DNA of 29,498 nucleotides from a virus. Its lineage: Duplodnaviria > Caudoviricetes. Every line of letters begins with the position of its first letter. The stretch's first letter is position 1. The notes beneath the pieces were generated by a model. It was not told the origin of the DNA. It was given only the letters and a program-made list of their open reading frames with translations, and ran no database searches. Both the position numbers and the translations under genes were made by a program. Positions 8,445-16,519 of the stretch are shown here, in pieces. The stretch spans positions 1 through 29,498 of IMG/VR virus record IMGVR_UViG_3300030708_002776. One strand, 5' to 3'.

Positions 8445-10937
8445 ATGTATCAAGGCATCTATTACGATAGAAGAGTCAATAAAATGCATATTTGGGACGA
8501 TAAGTTTGGACATCAAACATTTCGTTACAAAAAGTATGCCTACACAAAACATAGAGCAGGAAACTTTGTCTCATTATATGGTGATAAATTAAAAAGAATA
8601 ACAGAATGGGAAAAAGGACAACCTGATTTGTTTGAGTCGGATGTCAATCCTGAGATTCGTGTATTGGTAGATAATTATACTGATTCAGACGAACCTTCAG
8701 AGGGACATAGAACGATGATATTTGATATTGAGGTAGAGGTTACAGATGGATTTCCTAATATCAACACAGCTGAAAACGTAATCACTTCGATAGCTTTCAA
8801 TGACCCTGTTACAAACGAATACTTCTGTTATGTATTAGACCCCTACAATAAACTTAATACAAAGAATACAAGTGATACTATCGTACAATTCAAAGACGAG
8901 TTTGATTTATTAAATGCTTTCTTCAAAAAATATTTAGAAATACAACCCACAATATTGACAGGTTGGAATGTCGAGTTCTTTGATGTTCCTTATCTGTATA
9001 ATCGAGCTCAAAGAATAGTAGGTAGACAGATAGCTGACGTGTTGTCTCCGATAGGTATCGTTGAGTGGAGTGATTTTGCTAATAGATACAAAATAGCTGG
9101 TGTCAGTATTTTAGATTACTTAACATTATATAAAAAGTTTACATTCAGTCAACAACCTTCATATAGATTAGATGCTATAGGAGAGTATGAAGTAGGTGAA
9201 AAGAAAGTTGAGTATGAAGGAACTTTGAATGATTTATATGAAAATGACTTAGATAAGTTTGTTGAGTATAACTTACAAGACGTAAAACTTGTGAAAAAGA
9301 TAGATGAAAAACTAGACTTTATAGAGATTGCACGTGGTCTAGCTCATCTAGGACATTGTCCGTATGAAGATGTATTTATGTCCTCAAGATACTTAGAAGG
9401 AGCTATATTAGTTTATCTACGTAAACAAGAGATTGTTGCTCCTAATAAACCTACAAAGGGTATAAATAAATCCGAGAAGTTTGAAGGAGCTTATGTACAA
9501 GACCCTCAGAAAGGTAAACACGATTGGGTTTATGACTTAGATATTACCTCGATGTATCCGTCTTGTATTATGTCTCTAAACATATCTCCTGAAACTAAGT
9601 TAGGAAAGATAGAAGGTTGGAATCCTGAAGAGTTTATTGATAAAAAGAATAAAAAAACATATTCATTAACACGTGATGGTAATTTGATTAATCGTTATAC
9701 TGAAACAGAACTAAAAAATATGCTCGACAACGAACAGATAGGTGTTGCAACAAATGGTGTTATGTACAGAACGGATAAAAACGGATTACTTCCTGCCTTA
9801 TTGAGAAAATGGTTTGATGAGAGAGTCGAGTATAGAAAGTTATCTAAAAAACTACACGAAGAAGGTGATAAGGAAAAGTCAGATTACTTTGACAGAAGAC
9901 AACACCTACAAAAAATTGTATTGAATAGTTTGTATGGTGTTTTAGGACTTCCTGCTTTCAGATTCTATGACCTAGACAATGCTGAGGCTGTTACAAGTAC
10001 AGGTCAATCTTTGATTAAGTTTACTCGTAAGATTGGTAATGCTTACTACAACAAAGAACTTGGTGATACTAAAGATTATTGTATCTATATTGATACAGAC
10101 TCAGTATTCTACTCTGCTCTTCCTTTAGTTGAAAAAAGGTATCCTGATGTCAACACACGAGATGAAGATGTAATGTCAAAAACTATTCTTAATATAGCTA
10201 GTGAGGTACAAGATTATCTAAACAAAGGATATGACTTCTTTGGTAAAAGATTTTGTAACTTAGATAAACATAGATTTGATATTAAACAAGAGGTTATTGC
10301 TAAGAGTGGATTGTTCGTTACGAAAAAACGATATGGTATGAAAATCATAAACGATAATGGTAAAAAAGTTGATAAGTTGTTAGTGAAGGGTTTAGATACG
10401 GTTAGGAGTAGTTTTCCGATAGCTATGAGAACTATGTTATCAAAGTTACTAGAAGATATTTTGATGAGTGTTCCTAAAACAGAGTTAGATAAATTTATTA
10501 TCAACTTTAAAGATAGTATGAAACTTATGGACTTCAACAAGATTGCTATTCCTATTGGTGTGAAGGGAATAGGAAAGTATCACAAACCTGACGGAGTTGT
10601 TTTTCAATCACATAGATTAGGAACTCCTGTACACGTTAAGAGTGCTATATATTATAATGACTTTCTAAAACATTTCAATATATCAAAACAATATTCACCC
10701 ATAACAAATGGTGATAAAATCAAATGGGTCTATTTAAAACAAAATCCTTTAAATATCGATACAATAGCTTACAAAGGATATGAAGACCCTCCTGAGGTAT
10801 TAAAATACATCAGAACTTACATTGATGCTACAAAACTATATGAAAAAGCTTTACATAAAAAAATTATGATGTTGTATGAGGCTCTCGGTTGGACTAAACC
10901 TACTGATGCCTCTAAGACATTGGAAAGATTTTTTTGA
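8445..10937 (+). CDS. Family B DNA polymerase with 3'-5' exonuclease
   Basis: ExoI FDIEV, ExoII GWNVEFFD, ExoIII YNLQD, motif A DITSMYPS, motif B KIVLNSLYG, motif C YIDTDS, KKRY, KG; C-terminal TLERFF. Confidence 0.97.
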   Translation: MYQGIYYDRRVNKMHIWDDKFGHQTFRYKKYAYTKHRAGNFVSLYGDKLKRITEWEKGQPDLFESDVNPEIRVLVDNYTDSDEPSEGHRTMIFDIEVEVTDGFPNINTAENVITSIAFNDPVTNEYFCYVLDPYNKLNTKNTSDTIVQFKDEFDLLNAFFKKYLEIQPTILTGWNVEFFDVPYLYNRAQRIVGRQIADVLSPIGIVEWSDFANRYKIAGVSILDYLTLYKKFTFSQQPSYRLDAIGEYEVGEKKVEYEGTLNDLYENDLDKFVEYNLQDVKLVKKIDEKLDFIEIARGLAHLGHCPYEDVFMSSRYLEGAILVYLRKQEIVAPNKPTKGINKSEKFEGAYVQDPQKGKHDWVYDLDITSMYPSCIMSLNISPETKLGKIEGWNPEEFIDKKNKKTYSLTRDGNLINRYTETELKNMLDNEQIGVATNGVMYRTDKNGLLPALLRKWFDERVEYRKLSKKLHEEGDKEKSDYFDRRQHLQKIVLNSLYGVLGLPAFRFYDLDNAEAVTSTGQSLIKFTRKIGNAYYNKELGDTKDYCIYIDTDSVFYSALPLVEKRYPDVNTRDEDVMSKTILNIASEVQDYLNKGYDFFGKRFCNLDKHRFDIKQEVIAKSGLFVTKKRYGMKIINDNGKKVDKLLVKGLDTVRSSFPIAMRTMLSKLLEDILMSVPKTELDKFIINFKDSMKLMDFNKIAIPIGVKGIGKYHKPDGVVFQSHRLGTPVHVKSAIYYNDFLKHFNISKQYSPITNGDKIKWVYLKQNPLNIDTIAYKGYEDPPEVLKYIRTYIDATKLYEKALHKKIMMLYEALGWTKPTDASKTLERFF

Positions 10938-10990
10938 TTTTCAACAAACTCGTATATATGTATATATGGTTATAAATTCAAGGAGAAAAC

Positions 10991-11725
10991 ATGGATAAAA
11001 ATAGTTTAGTCCGTTTCATAAACAAATACTACTTAGACGGTGTAGGTAATGCTGTCGTTCTAAATAGTAACTCGGAAAAACAACAACTAATGACTAAGAG
11101 TGTTTCGGAAGGAAACTCGATGTTAGCTTTAGTCAAGATGACTGATTGGAAACCTGATTTCGATGATTCGATTTTAGGTGTCTACTCAACTGATTCTTTA
11201 CTTAGTATGATAAAAGTATTAGATAATGATGTGAAGATTTCAGTATTAAAGTCAGATGAGAAGGCTCTAGCTCTCAAGTTTAATGACTCAAATACTTCAG
11301 TAAATTATATGCTGTCAGACCCTTCTATCATTAATGAACCTCCTAATCTAAAAAACATTCCTGAGTTTGAATTGAATGTGAATATTACAGAGTATCTCAG
11401 AAAGACATTTTTAGCTGGTAAAGGTGCTCTTCCTGAAGTTACTAAGTTTTCTGTCGTAACAGATGGTACAAGTGCTAAATTAGTTCTTGGATTCTCAGCC
11501 TCAACTAACACAAACAGAATAACTATTCCAGTTGAAACAACACAATCAGCTCATATGGAGACTATGTCATTTAATGCTGAACATTTCGCTTCTATATTAA
11601 AAGCTAATGAAGAGTGTGAAACTGGTACTATGGAAGTCAGTAGTGATGGTTTAATTAAGATGTCATTCAAAGTTGATAACTACGAAAGTCAGTATTGGTT
11701 AGTTGCTACTCAGGATGTTGATTAA
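10991..11725 (+). CDS. Sliding clamp (gp45/PCNA-like)
   Basis: 244 aa, beta-rich, between polymerase and clamp loader; NYMLSDPSII segment and C-terminal YWLVA resemble gp45-type clamps. Confidence 0.75.
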   Translation: MDKNSLVRFINKYYLDGVGNAVVLNSNSEKQQLMTKSVSEGNSMLALVKMTDWKPDFDDSILGVYSTDSLLSMIKVLDNDVKISVLKSDEKALALKFNDSNTSVNYMLSDPSIINEPPNLKNIPEFELNVNITEYLRKTFLAGKGALPEVTKFSVVTDGTSAKLVLGFSASTNTNRITIPVETTQSAHMETMSFNAEHFASILKANEECETGTMEVSSDGLIKMSFKVDNYESQYWLVATQDVD

Positions 11726-12639
11726 TGTCAAACACTTTGTGGGTAGAAAAGTATCGTCCTAGCACGTTAGAGAACTATATAGGAAACGAACATCTTACAT
11801 CTAAGGTAAAACATTACTTAGAGACTGGTGATTTACCTCACTTACTTTTGTTTGGTAAAGCTGGTACTGGTAAAACAACACTAGCTAAGATTCTTGTTAA
11901 GAATATAGAATGTGATTATCTCTATATAAATGCCTCAGATGAGAACAATGTTGAAACGGTCAGAACAAAAGTAAAAGAGTTTGCCTCTACAATCGGTTTC
12001 AAAGATATGAAAGTGATTATCTTGGATGAGTGTGATTACATTACTCCGAATGCTCAGGCCGCTCTTCGTAATCTTATGGAAACATTCTCTAAACATTGTA
12101 GATTTATCTTGACTTGTAATTTTGTTGAGAGAATCATAGACCCGATACAAAGTCGTTGTCAATCATTTCAAATTATACCTCCATCGAAAAGTGATGTAGC
12201 TAAACATCTACATAATATATTGATAAAAGAAAATGTAATCGATACGATAGAGGATATTAAAGTTTTAATTGATAGTAGTTATCCCGACATTCGTAGAGTT
12301 ATCAATTCAGCTCAAAGAAATGTTGTGAATGGTAAATTGAAGTTAGATACTTCAAGTATTATTCAAAATGACTACAAGTTAAAACTTTTAAAAATACTAA
12401 AGACACAAGATGGAAAAACAGCTTTTACTGAGATTCGTCAACTATTAGCCGACAATAAGATTACAGACTTTGCAGATTTGTTTAGATTATTGTATGATGA
12501 AGTTGATGGATATGGTAAAGGTCACATAGCAGAATGTATTTTGATTATAGCAAGATACGAACTTTCAGATAGTCAAGTAGTTGATAAAGAAATCAACGCT
12601 ATGGCTATGATTATAGAATTATTAGGAGTCATTAAATGA
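11725..12639 (+). CDS. Clamp loader AAA+ subunit (RFC small subunit / gp44-like)
   Basis: WVEKYRP, GKAGTGKTT, INASD, ILDECD, AQAALR, SRC arginine finger, DIRR. Confidence 0.95.
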   Translation: MSNTLWVEKYRPSTLENYIGNEHLTSKVKHYLETGDLPHLLLFGKAGTGKTTLAKILVKNIECDYLYINASDENNVETVRTKVKEFASTIGFKDMKVIILDECDYITPNAQAALRNLMETFSKHCRFILTCNFVERIIDPIQSRCQSFQIIPPSKSDVAKHLHNILIKENVIDTIEDIKVLIDSSYPDIRRVINSAQRNVVNGKLKLDTSSIIQNDYKLKLLKILKTQDGKTAFTEIRQLLADNKITDFADLFRLLYDEVDGYGKGHIAECILIIARYELSDSQVVDKEINAMAMIIELLGVIK

Positions 12640-12905
12640 GTATGCATCCAATGAGAAAACCGAAACCACAACAAGCTCAAGTCAAGGTTGATTTGAGAGA
12701 AGCAGATACAATTAAGTGTGAACATTGTGATAATTATCTGTTCATAGCTTCTACTATTCTTAAACGATTATCTGCTTTAGTATCACCTACAGGAGAGGAA
12801 GCAATCATTCCTATCGATGTATATAGTTGTGGAAATTGTGGACAAGTACCTAAAGATATGTTAAAAGGTTCAGGATTAGAACAATCTGATGTCAAAACAA
12901 GCTAA
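12636..12905 (+). CDS. Small zinc-ribbon protein
   Basis: CEHC...CGNC; AGGAG RBS; ATGA overlap with the clamp loader stop. Confidence 0.75.
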   Translation: MSMHPMRKPKPQQAQVKVDLREADTIKCEHCDNYLFIASTILKRLSALVSPTGEEAIIPIDVYSCGNCGQVPKDMLKGSGLEQSDVKTS

Positions 12906-13044
12906 GTATTCAGAAGCCGGAAAGGGAGATTCTAATAGAGTCTCGAATATAAAAAAGTATGAAGAAAACTACGAAAAAATCTTTGATAAAAAAGAAAGGT
13001 CTGTTCGACCACATCAATCAAATAAAAAAGGTTCAAAATCCTAA
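12889..13044 (+). CDS. Small basic protein, 51 aa (absent from ORF track)
   Basis: MSKQAKYSEAGKGDSNRVSNIKKYEENYEKIFDKKERSVRPHQSNKKGSKS; fills the 12906-12958 gap; GKGD...YEENYEKIF resembles a pattern I recall from small phage proteins. Confidence 0.55.
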   Translation: MSKQAKYSEAGKGDSNRVSNIKKYEENYEKIFDKKERSVRPHQSNKKGSKS

Positions 13045-13468
13045 TTATTGGGAAACACTTACAGAAGAAGATAAAAAGTCCTGGTCAAACTATATGATTC
13101 ATAGATTTCTGTCTATGAATATGAATGTAATCGACCTAGTAAATGAATTACAAAAATATAACTTAAAACCTCAAGACTTATACAAGTTATACACAAACAT
13201 CTTACCTAAAGATAATAGATTTTATAAATATGTTAAAGGGAGAAGTGAAATGGCACATCCAAATTGGTTAGTAAATATTGTTACTAATCACGAAGAAGTT
13301 AGTAAAAAAGAAGCAATCGAGATGATTGATATGTATTACCTCACCGAAGGAGGAATGTTAGAGTTAGGTCAATTAGCTCAGAAATGGGGAATTGAACCTA
13401 AGAGAATAGAAGAAGCAGGACTGAATGTATTGGGTTCTTCTGATGGGTATACAGCAGGAAATGGTTAA
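12959..13468 (+). CDS. Clamp loader A subunit (gp62-like)
   Basis: LFDHINQI...WSNYMIHRFLSM...NELQ...Y...LPK..RFYKYVK pattern resembles gp62; lies downstream of clamp and gp44-like genes. Confidence 0.7.
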   Translation: MKKTTKKSLIKKKGLFDHINQIKKVQNPNYWETLTEEDKKSWSNYMIHRFLSMNMNVIDLVNELQKYNLKPQDLYKLYTNILPKDNRFYKYVKGRSEMAHPNWLVNIVTNHEEVSKKEAIEMIDMYYLTEGGMLELGQLAQKWGIEPKRIEEAGLNVLGSSDGYTAGNG

Positions 13469-13506
13469 AAAACACTTGACACGTATAGTAAATTATTCGT
13501 ATATTC
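13467..13506 (+). promoter_or_regulatory. Sigma70-type promoter upstream of the Nmad1 unit (copy 2)
   Basis: TTGACA(13476-13481)-18 nt-TATATT(13500-13505); near-identical to 8374-8413. Confidence 0.75.
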
Positions 13507-13528
13507 AGGTATGTAAATTAGGAGAAAT

Positions 13529-13909
13529 ATGACAAATATAATTAAGGATAGTCCTCGTTCAGATGAAGATTACAATGTTGTAGAACAAATGGAAAAAGAG
13601 TGGCCCGAGATGACTTCAGAGTTTAAGAAGATTCAACGAGAACAATATGAATTATTCCTACATAAACAACACGACTACGGTCCAGGTAATATATCAGTTG
13701 GAACAATGTTACAAACACCTGAGGAAATCAAATTATCCCTTACAGGTCTTTGGTTTAGAATGAATGACAAGTTACAACGAGTAAAAACTTTATTGATGAC
13801 AGGTAGAGAATCAGCAGTAAAAGATGAACCTCTCGAGGATGCTTATCTTGATGTAAGTAATTATGGTATTATGGCTACAATAGTGGGACGAGGTAAGTGG
13901 GGTAAATGA
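13529..13909 (+). CDS. Nucleotide modification associated domain 1 (Nmad1/DUF1599) protein
   Basis: KQHDYG, RMNDKLQR and EPLEDAYLDVSNYGIM motifs; AGGAG RBS. Confidence 0.85.
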   Translation: MTNIIKDSPRSDEDYNVVEQMEKEWPEMTSEFKKIQREQYELFLHKQHDYGPGNISVGTMLQTPEEIKLSLTGLWFRMNDKLQRVKTLLMTGRESAVKDEPLEDAYLDVSNYGIMATIVGRGKWGK

Positions 13910-14166
13910 AATTTCCGTTAGTACAATTATATGTTTTAAACAGAAGTAAGCCTATTGTAGAGGTAACAGGTATACCTGACCCCGTACAATGGGACTATTG
14001 TGATTTAGAAGGATTACCTCCTGAAAGAGAAGCTGGTACGATTAGTATGGTTAATCACGGTAAGATACCTAAAGGACAGCGTGAAAATCTACCTACAACA
14101 TTTACTGCGACAAATGGAGCTCAGTATCTCATTGAGAATATACATTCATTAAGGTCAAATAAATGA
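13906..14166 (+). CDS. Hypothetical protein (86 aa)
   Basis: 4-nt overlaps with both neighbours. Confidence 0.65.
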   Translation: MKFPLVQLYVLNRSKPIVEVTGIPDPVQWDYCDLEGLPPEREAGTISMVNHGKIPKGQRENLPTTFTATNGAQYLIENIHSLRSNK

Positions 14167-14384
14167 AAAAAACATTTAACAAAACATCAAGAGAACATTG
14201 GGGTGTAAAGGTAGGAGATGAGTTTGAGTTGTCAGTTCCTCATACTATTCCAGGTCAAAAACCTATACCCATAGGAACAAAAGTAGTCGTTGAAGGTATC
14301 TCACACTTTCCTACAATGTATATTGTATCTGATGGTCAAAATCAATTTAGTGTAGCAGTTCATAGTGTAAAGAAAATAAAATGA
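14163..14384 (+). CDS. Hypothetical protein (73 aa), possibly a small beta-barrel
   Basis: 4-nt overlaps on both sides; VKVGD...IGTKVVV beta-rich pattern. Confidence 0.65.
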   Translation: MKKTFNKTSREHWGVKVGDEFELSVPHTIPGQKPIPIGTKVVVEGISHFPTMYIVSDGQNQFSVAVHSVKKIK

Positions 14385-15244
14385 AAAGAATAAGTTATAG
14401 TCAATATAGTCAATGGGACTCTTGTCCTTACAAATGGAAACTTAATTACATAGATAAGTTAGGTGAATATACAGATAGTATTCATACATTGTTTGGTACA
14501 AGTATGCATGAAGTTCTACAAACCTATCTAACCGTAATGTATAATGATACCATTAAGATGGCTAATGCATTACCCTTAGATGAAATGTTACTTCATAGAA
14601 TGAAAACAAACTACAAAAATATTATGGGCCGTAACGGGGGTGAGGTCTTTTGTGAACAGAAAGATATGGAAGAATTTTACTCACACGGACTTTTGATTTT
14701 GGAATGGTTTAAGAAGAAACGTGATATGTATTTTAGTAAGAAGAACTATGAGTTAGTTGGTATCGAAGTTCCTATCGAGTATGAATTACCTAACAGCATA
14801 AAGTTTATAGGTTATATGGATGTTGTTCTACACGATACTTTACGTGATAGATACAAGATTATCGATATTAAGACCTCTACTATGGGTTGGAACAAGTATC
14901 AAAAAGCTGATAAAAACAAAACAGACCAGTTATTACTATACAAATATTTTTTCAGTAAAGAACAAGAAGTTCCTATCGATAGTGTTGACGTTGAGTACTT
15001 TATTGTTAAACGTAAACTTTACGAGAATCTTGATTTTCCTCAAAGAAGAGTCCAAACATTTTCTCCGGCTAGTGGTAAACCTAGTATCAATAAAGTAGTA
15101 AGTAATCTTCAAAGGTTTATAGATGAGTCTTTTGAAGATGGTAAACACAACTTAGAACGAGATTATTTAAAGTTACCTTCAAAGAAAAATTGTAAGTATT
15201 GTGAATTTAATCAAACCGAACATTGTGATGCAGGAGTAAAATAA
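14381..15244 (+). CDS. PD-(D/E)xK nuclease, Cas4/AddB-like with probable Fe-S cluster
   Basis: ISYSQ...CPYKW, FGTSMHEVL, GIE, GYMD, IIDIKT, QLLLY, C-terminal CKYC...C (1+3 Cys). Confidence 0.9.
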   Translation: MKRISYSQYSQWDSCPYKWKLNYIDKLGEYTDSIHTLFGTSMHEVLQTYLTVMYNDTIKMANALPLDEMLLHRMKTNYKNIMGRNGGEVFCEQKDMEEFYSHGLLILEWFKKKRDMYFSKKNYELVGIEVPIEYELPNSIKFIGYMDVVLHDTLRDRYKIIDIKTSTMGWNKYQKADKNKTDQLLLYKYFFSKEQEVPIDSVDVEYFIVKRKLYENLDFPQRRVQTFSPASGKPSINKVVSNLQRFIDESFEDGKHNLERDYLKLPSKKNCKYCEFNQTEHCDAGVK

Positions 15245-15663
15245 TGATAAGTAAAACTACACTAAGATTGAAACTTTCAGATTTTATCAATACAGATTTA
15301 GAAAAGTTTGTGATGGAAAAAGTAGACTCTATTCACAATGAATTAAATATAGCTATACTTTTGTATTTGTGGTTTGAGGAAGATGAAATCAAAGGTACAG
15401 ATTTAAAAAACTTTCTTATGAGGTGGGAAGATAAGTTATCATTTCGTACGAGTGTAAGACAAGGTAGTGAGATTAAGTCTCGTGATTTTATATTTTTTGA
15501 TATTAAACCTGTAGGAATAAAAAATAGATATTGTAGATTTAATTATGATTATAAAGACCAATCAGGATTAGTAGTAGGTCTAAGAGAGTTTTATAATGTA
15601 ACAAAATTTGTTACTTCAGATAAAACAATTAAGGTTCAAAAGAGAAATGACTACGAAGATTAA
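15244..15663 (+). CDS. Hypothetical protein (139 aa)
   Basis: TAATG coupling to the nuclease gene; AGGAG upstream. Confidence 0.7.
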   Translation: MISKTTLRLKLSDFINTDLEKFVMEKVDSIHNELNIAILLYLWFEEDEIKGTDLKNFLMRWEDKLSFRTSVRQGSEIKSRDFIFFDIKPVGIKNRYCRFNYDYKDQSGLVVGLREFYNVTKFVTSDKTIKVQKRNDYED

Positions 15664-16057
15664 AGTAGGGATAGTTGGTAGTAGAGCCTATACAAATAAG
15701 AAAAAAATTAAAGATTTAATATTTGATATAAAACAAAAACATCCTGAGGCTGAAATAGTAAGTGGAGGTCAACAAGATGGAGCTGATGGATTTGCTAAAA
15801 AGTTCGCTCTTGAATTAGGTATGAAATACGTAGAGTTTCCTCCCTCACATTATAGTTGGAATATGCATTGTAAATTACCTGCCACACAATACAATAGACC
15901 TTATTATGTGTCAAACTATTTTAAAAGAAATAAACAGATAGCTGAGTATAGTGATATTATTGTAGCTTTTATACAACCAGGAACAGAATCAAAGGGAACA
16001 AATAACACTATACAATATGCTGAAAAAATGAAAAAATTAGTGAAAATATTAGATTAA
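15647..16057 (+). CDS. SLOG-superfamily protein (YspA/DprA-like nucleotide-binding fold)
   Basis: GIVGSR, IVSGG..GAD, YFKRNKQIAEYSD, SKGT motifs; ATG 15647 preferred to TTG 15608. Confidence 0.82.
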   Translation: MTTKIKVGIVGSRAYTNKKKIKDLIFDIKQKHPEAEIVSGGQQDGADGFAKKFALELGMKYVEFPPSHYSWNMHCKLPATQYNRPYYVSNYFKRNKQIAEYSDIIVAFIQPGTESKGTNNTIQYAEKMKKLVKILD

Positions 16058-16093
16058 GTATATATTTATATATGTATATATCAAGAGGTTTAT

Positions 16094-16285
16094 ATGGAAT
16101 ATAAATTGACATCCGTCAAAATTCTAAAGGGGTTATATAGAAATTTCAAATCCAAAACGTTCGATGATGAATTTACATTACAGAAATTAGTCAATCGTAC
16201 AATGGATTTATACGTTGTAGATAAAGACTTTAGAGATAAAATAAAAGAATATGATAAATTAATACCAAGTGGGAGTAGACTATGA
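16094..16285 (+). CDS. Small protein, possible ribbon-helix-helix DNA-binding protein
   Basis: 63 aa; strand LTSVKI followed by two predicted helices; GAGG RBS. Confidence 0.55.
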   Translation: MEYKLTSVKILKGLYRNFKSKTFDDEFTLQKLVNRTMDLYVVDKDFRDKIKEYDKLIPSGSRL

Positions 16286-16512
16286 GAGAAGATTTCATCA
16301 AAGCTAGTGTAATGAATTTTGAAGCTCAAATCGAAAAACACCGAATCAATGTCGAGAACCTTATGAGAAATTCTGTAGGTATCGGTGAGCACGGTGATGT
16401 TATGGAAGAGATTGAAAAAGAATTAGACCAGATGGCTAACTATGATGATAAGTTAGAAATGTTGAAAAAATATTTTAAGAAAAGTCAAGATAAGAAAATT
16501 TTAAAAGATTAG
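16282..16512 (+). CDS. Hypothetical helical phage protein (VGIGEH motif)
   Basis: 76 aa, ATGA overlap, helical-hairpin pattern. Confidence 0.7.
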   Translation: MREDFIKASVMNFEAQIEKHRINVENLMRNSVGIGEHGDVMEEIEKELDQMANYDDKLEMLKKYFKKSQDKKILKD

Positions 16513-16519
16513 AGGTTAT

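Noticed and set aside
2861-12639. Inteins, introns or homing endonucleases in recA, helicase, nrdJ, polB or clamp loader
   Set aside because: Protein lengths are ordinary, motifs are contiguous, and no splice-junction or LAGLIDADG/HNH signatures were seen.
12988-12994. In-frame A_AAA_AAG (dnaX-type -1 slippery site) near the start of the gp62-like gene
   Set aside because: No clear stimulatory hairpin; A-runs are common here; joining the micro-ORF to the gp62-like frame would need +1, not -1.
14381-15244. CRISPR-Cas locus suggested by the Cas4-like nuclease
   Set aside because: No repeat-spacer array or other cas genes in the window.
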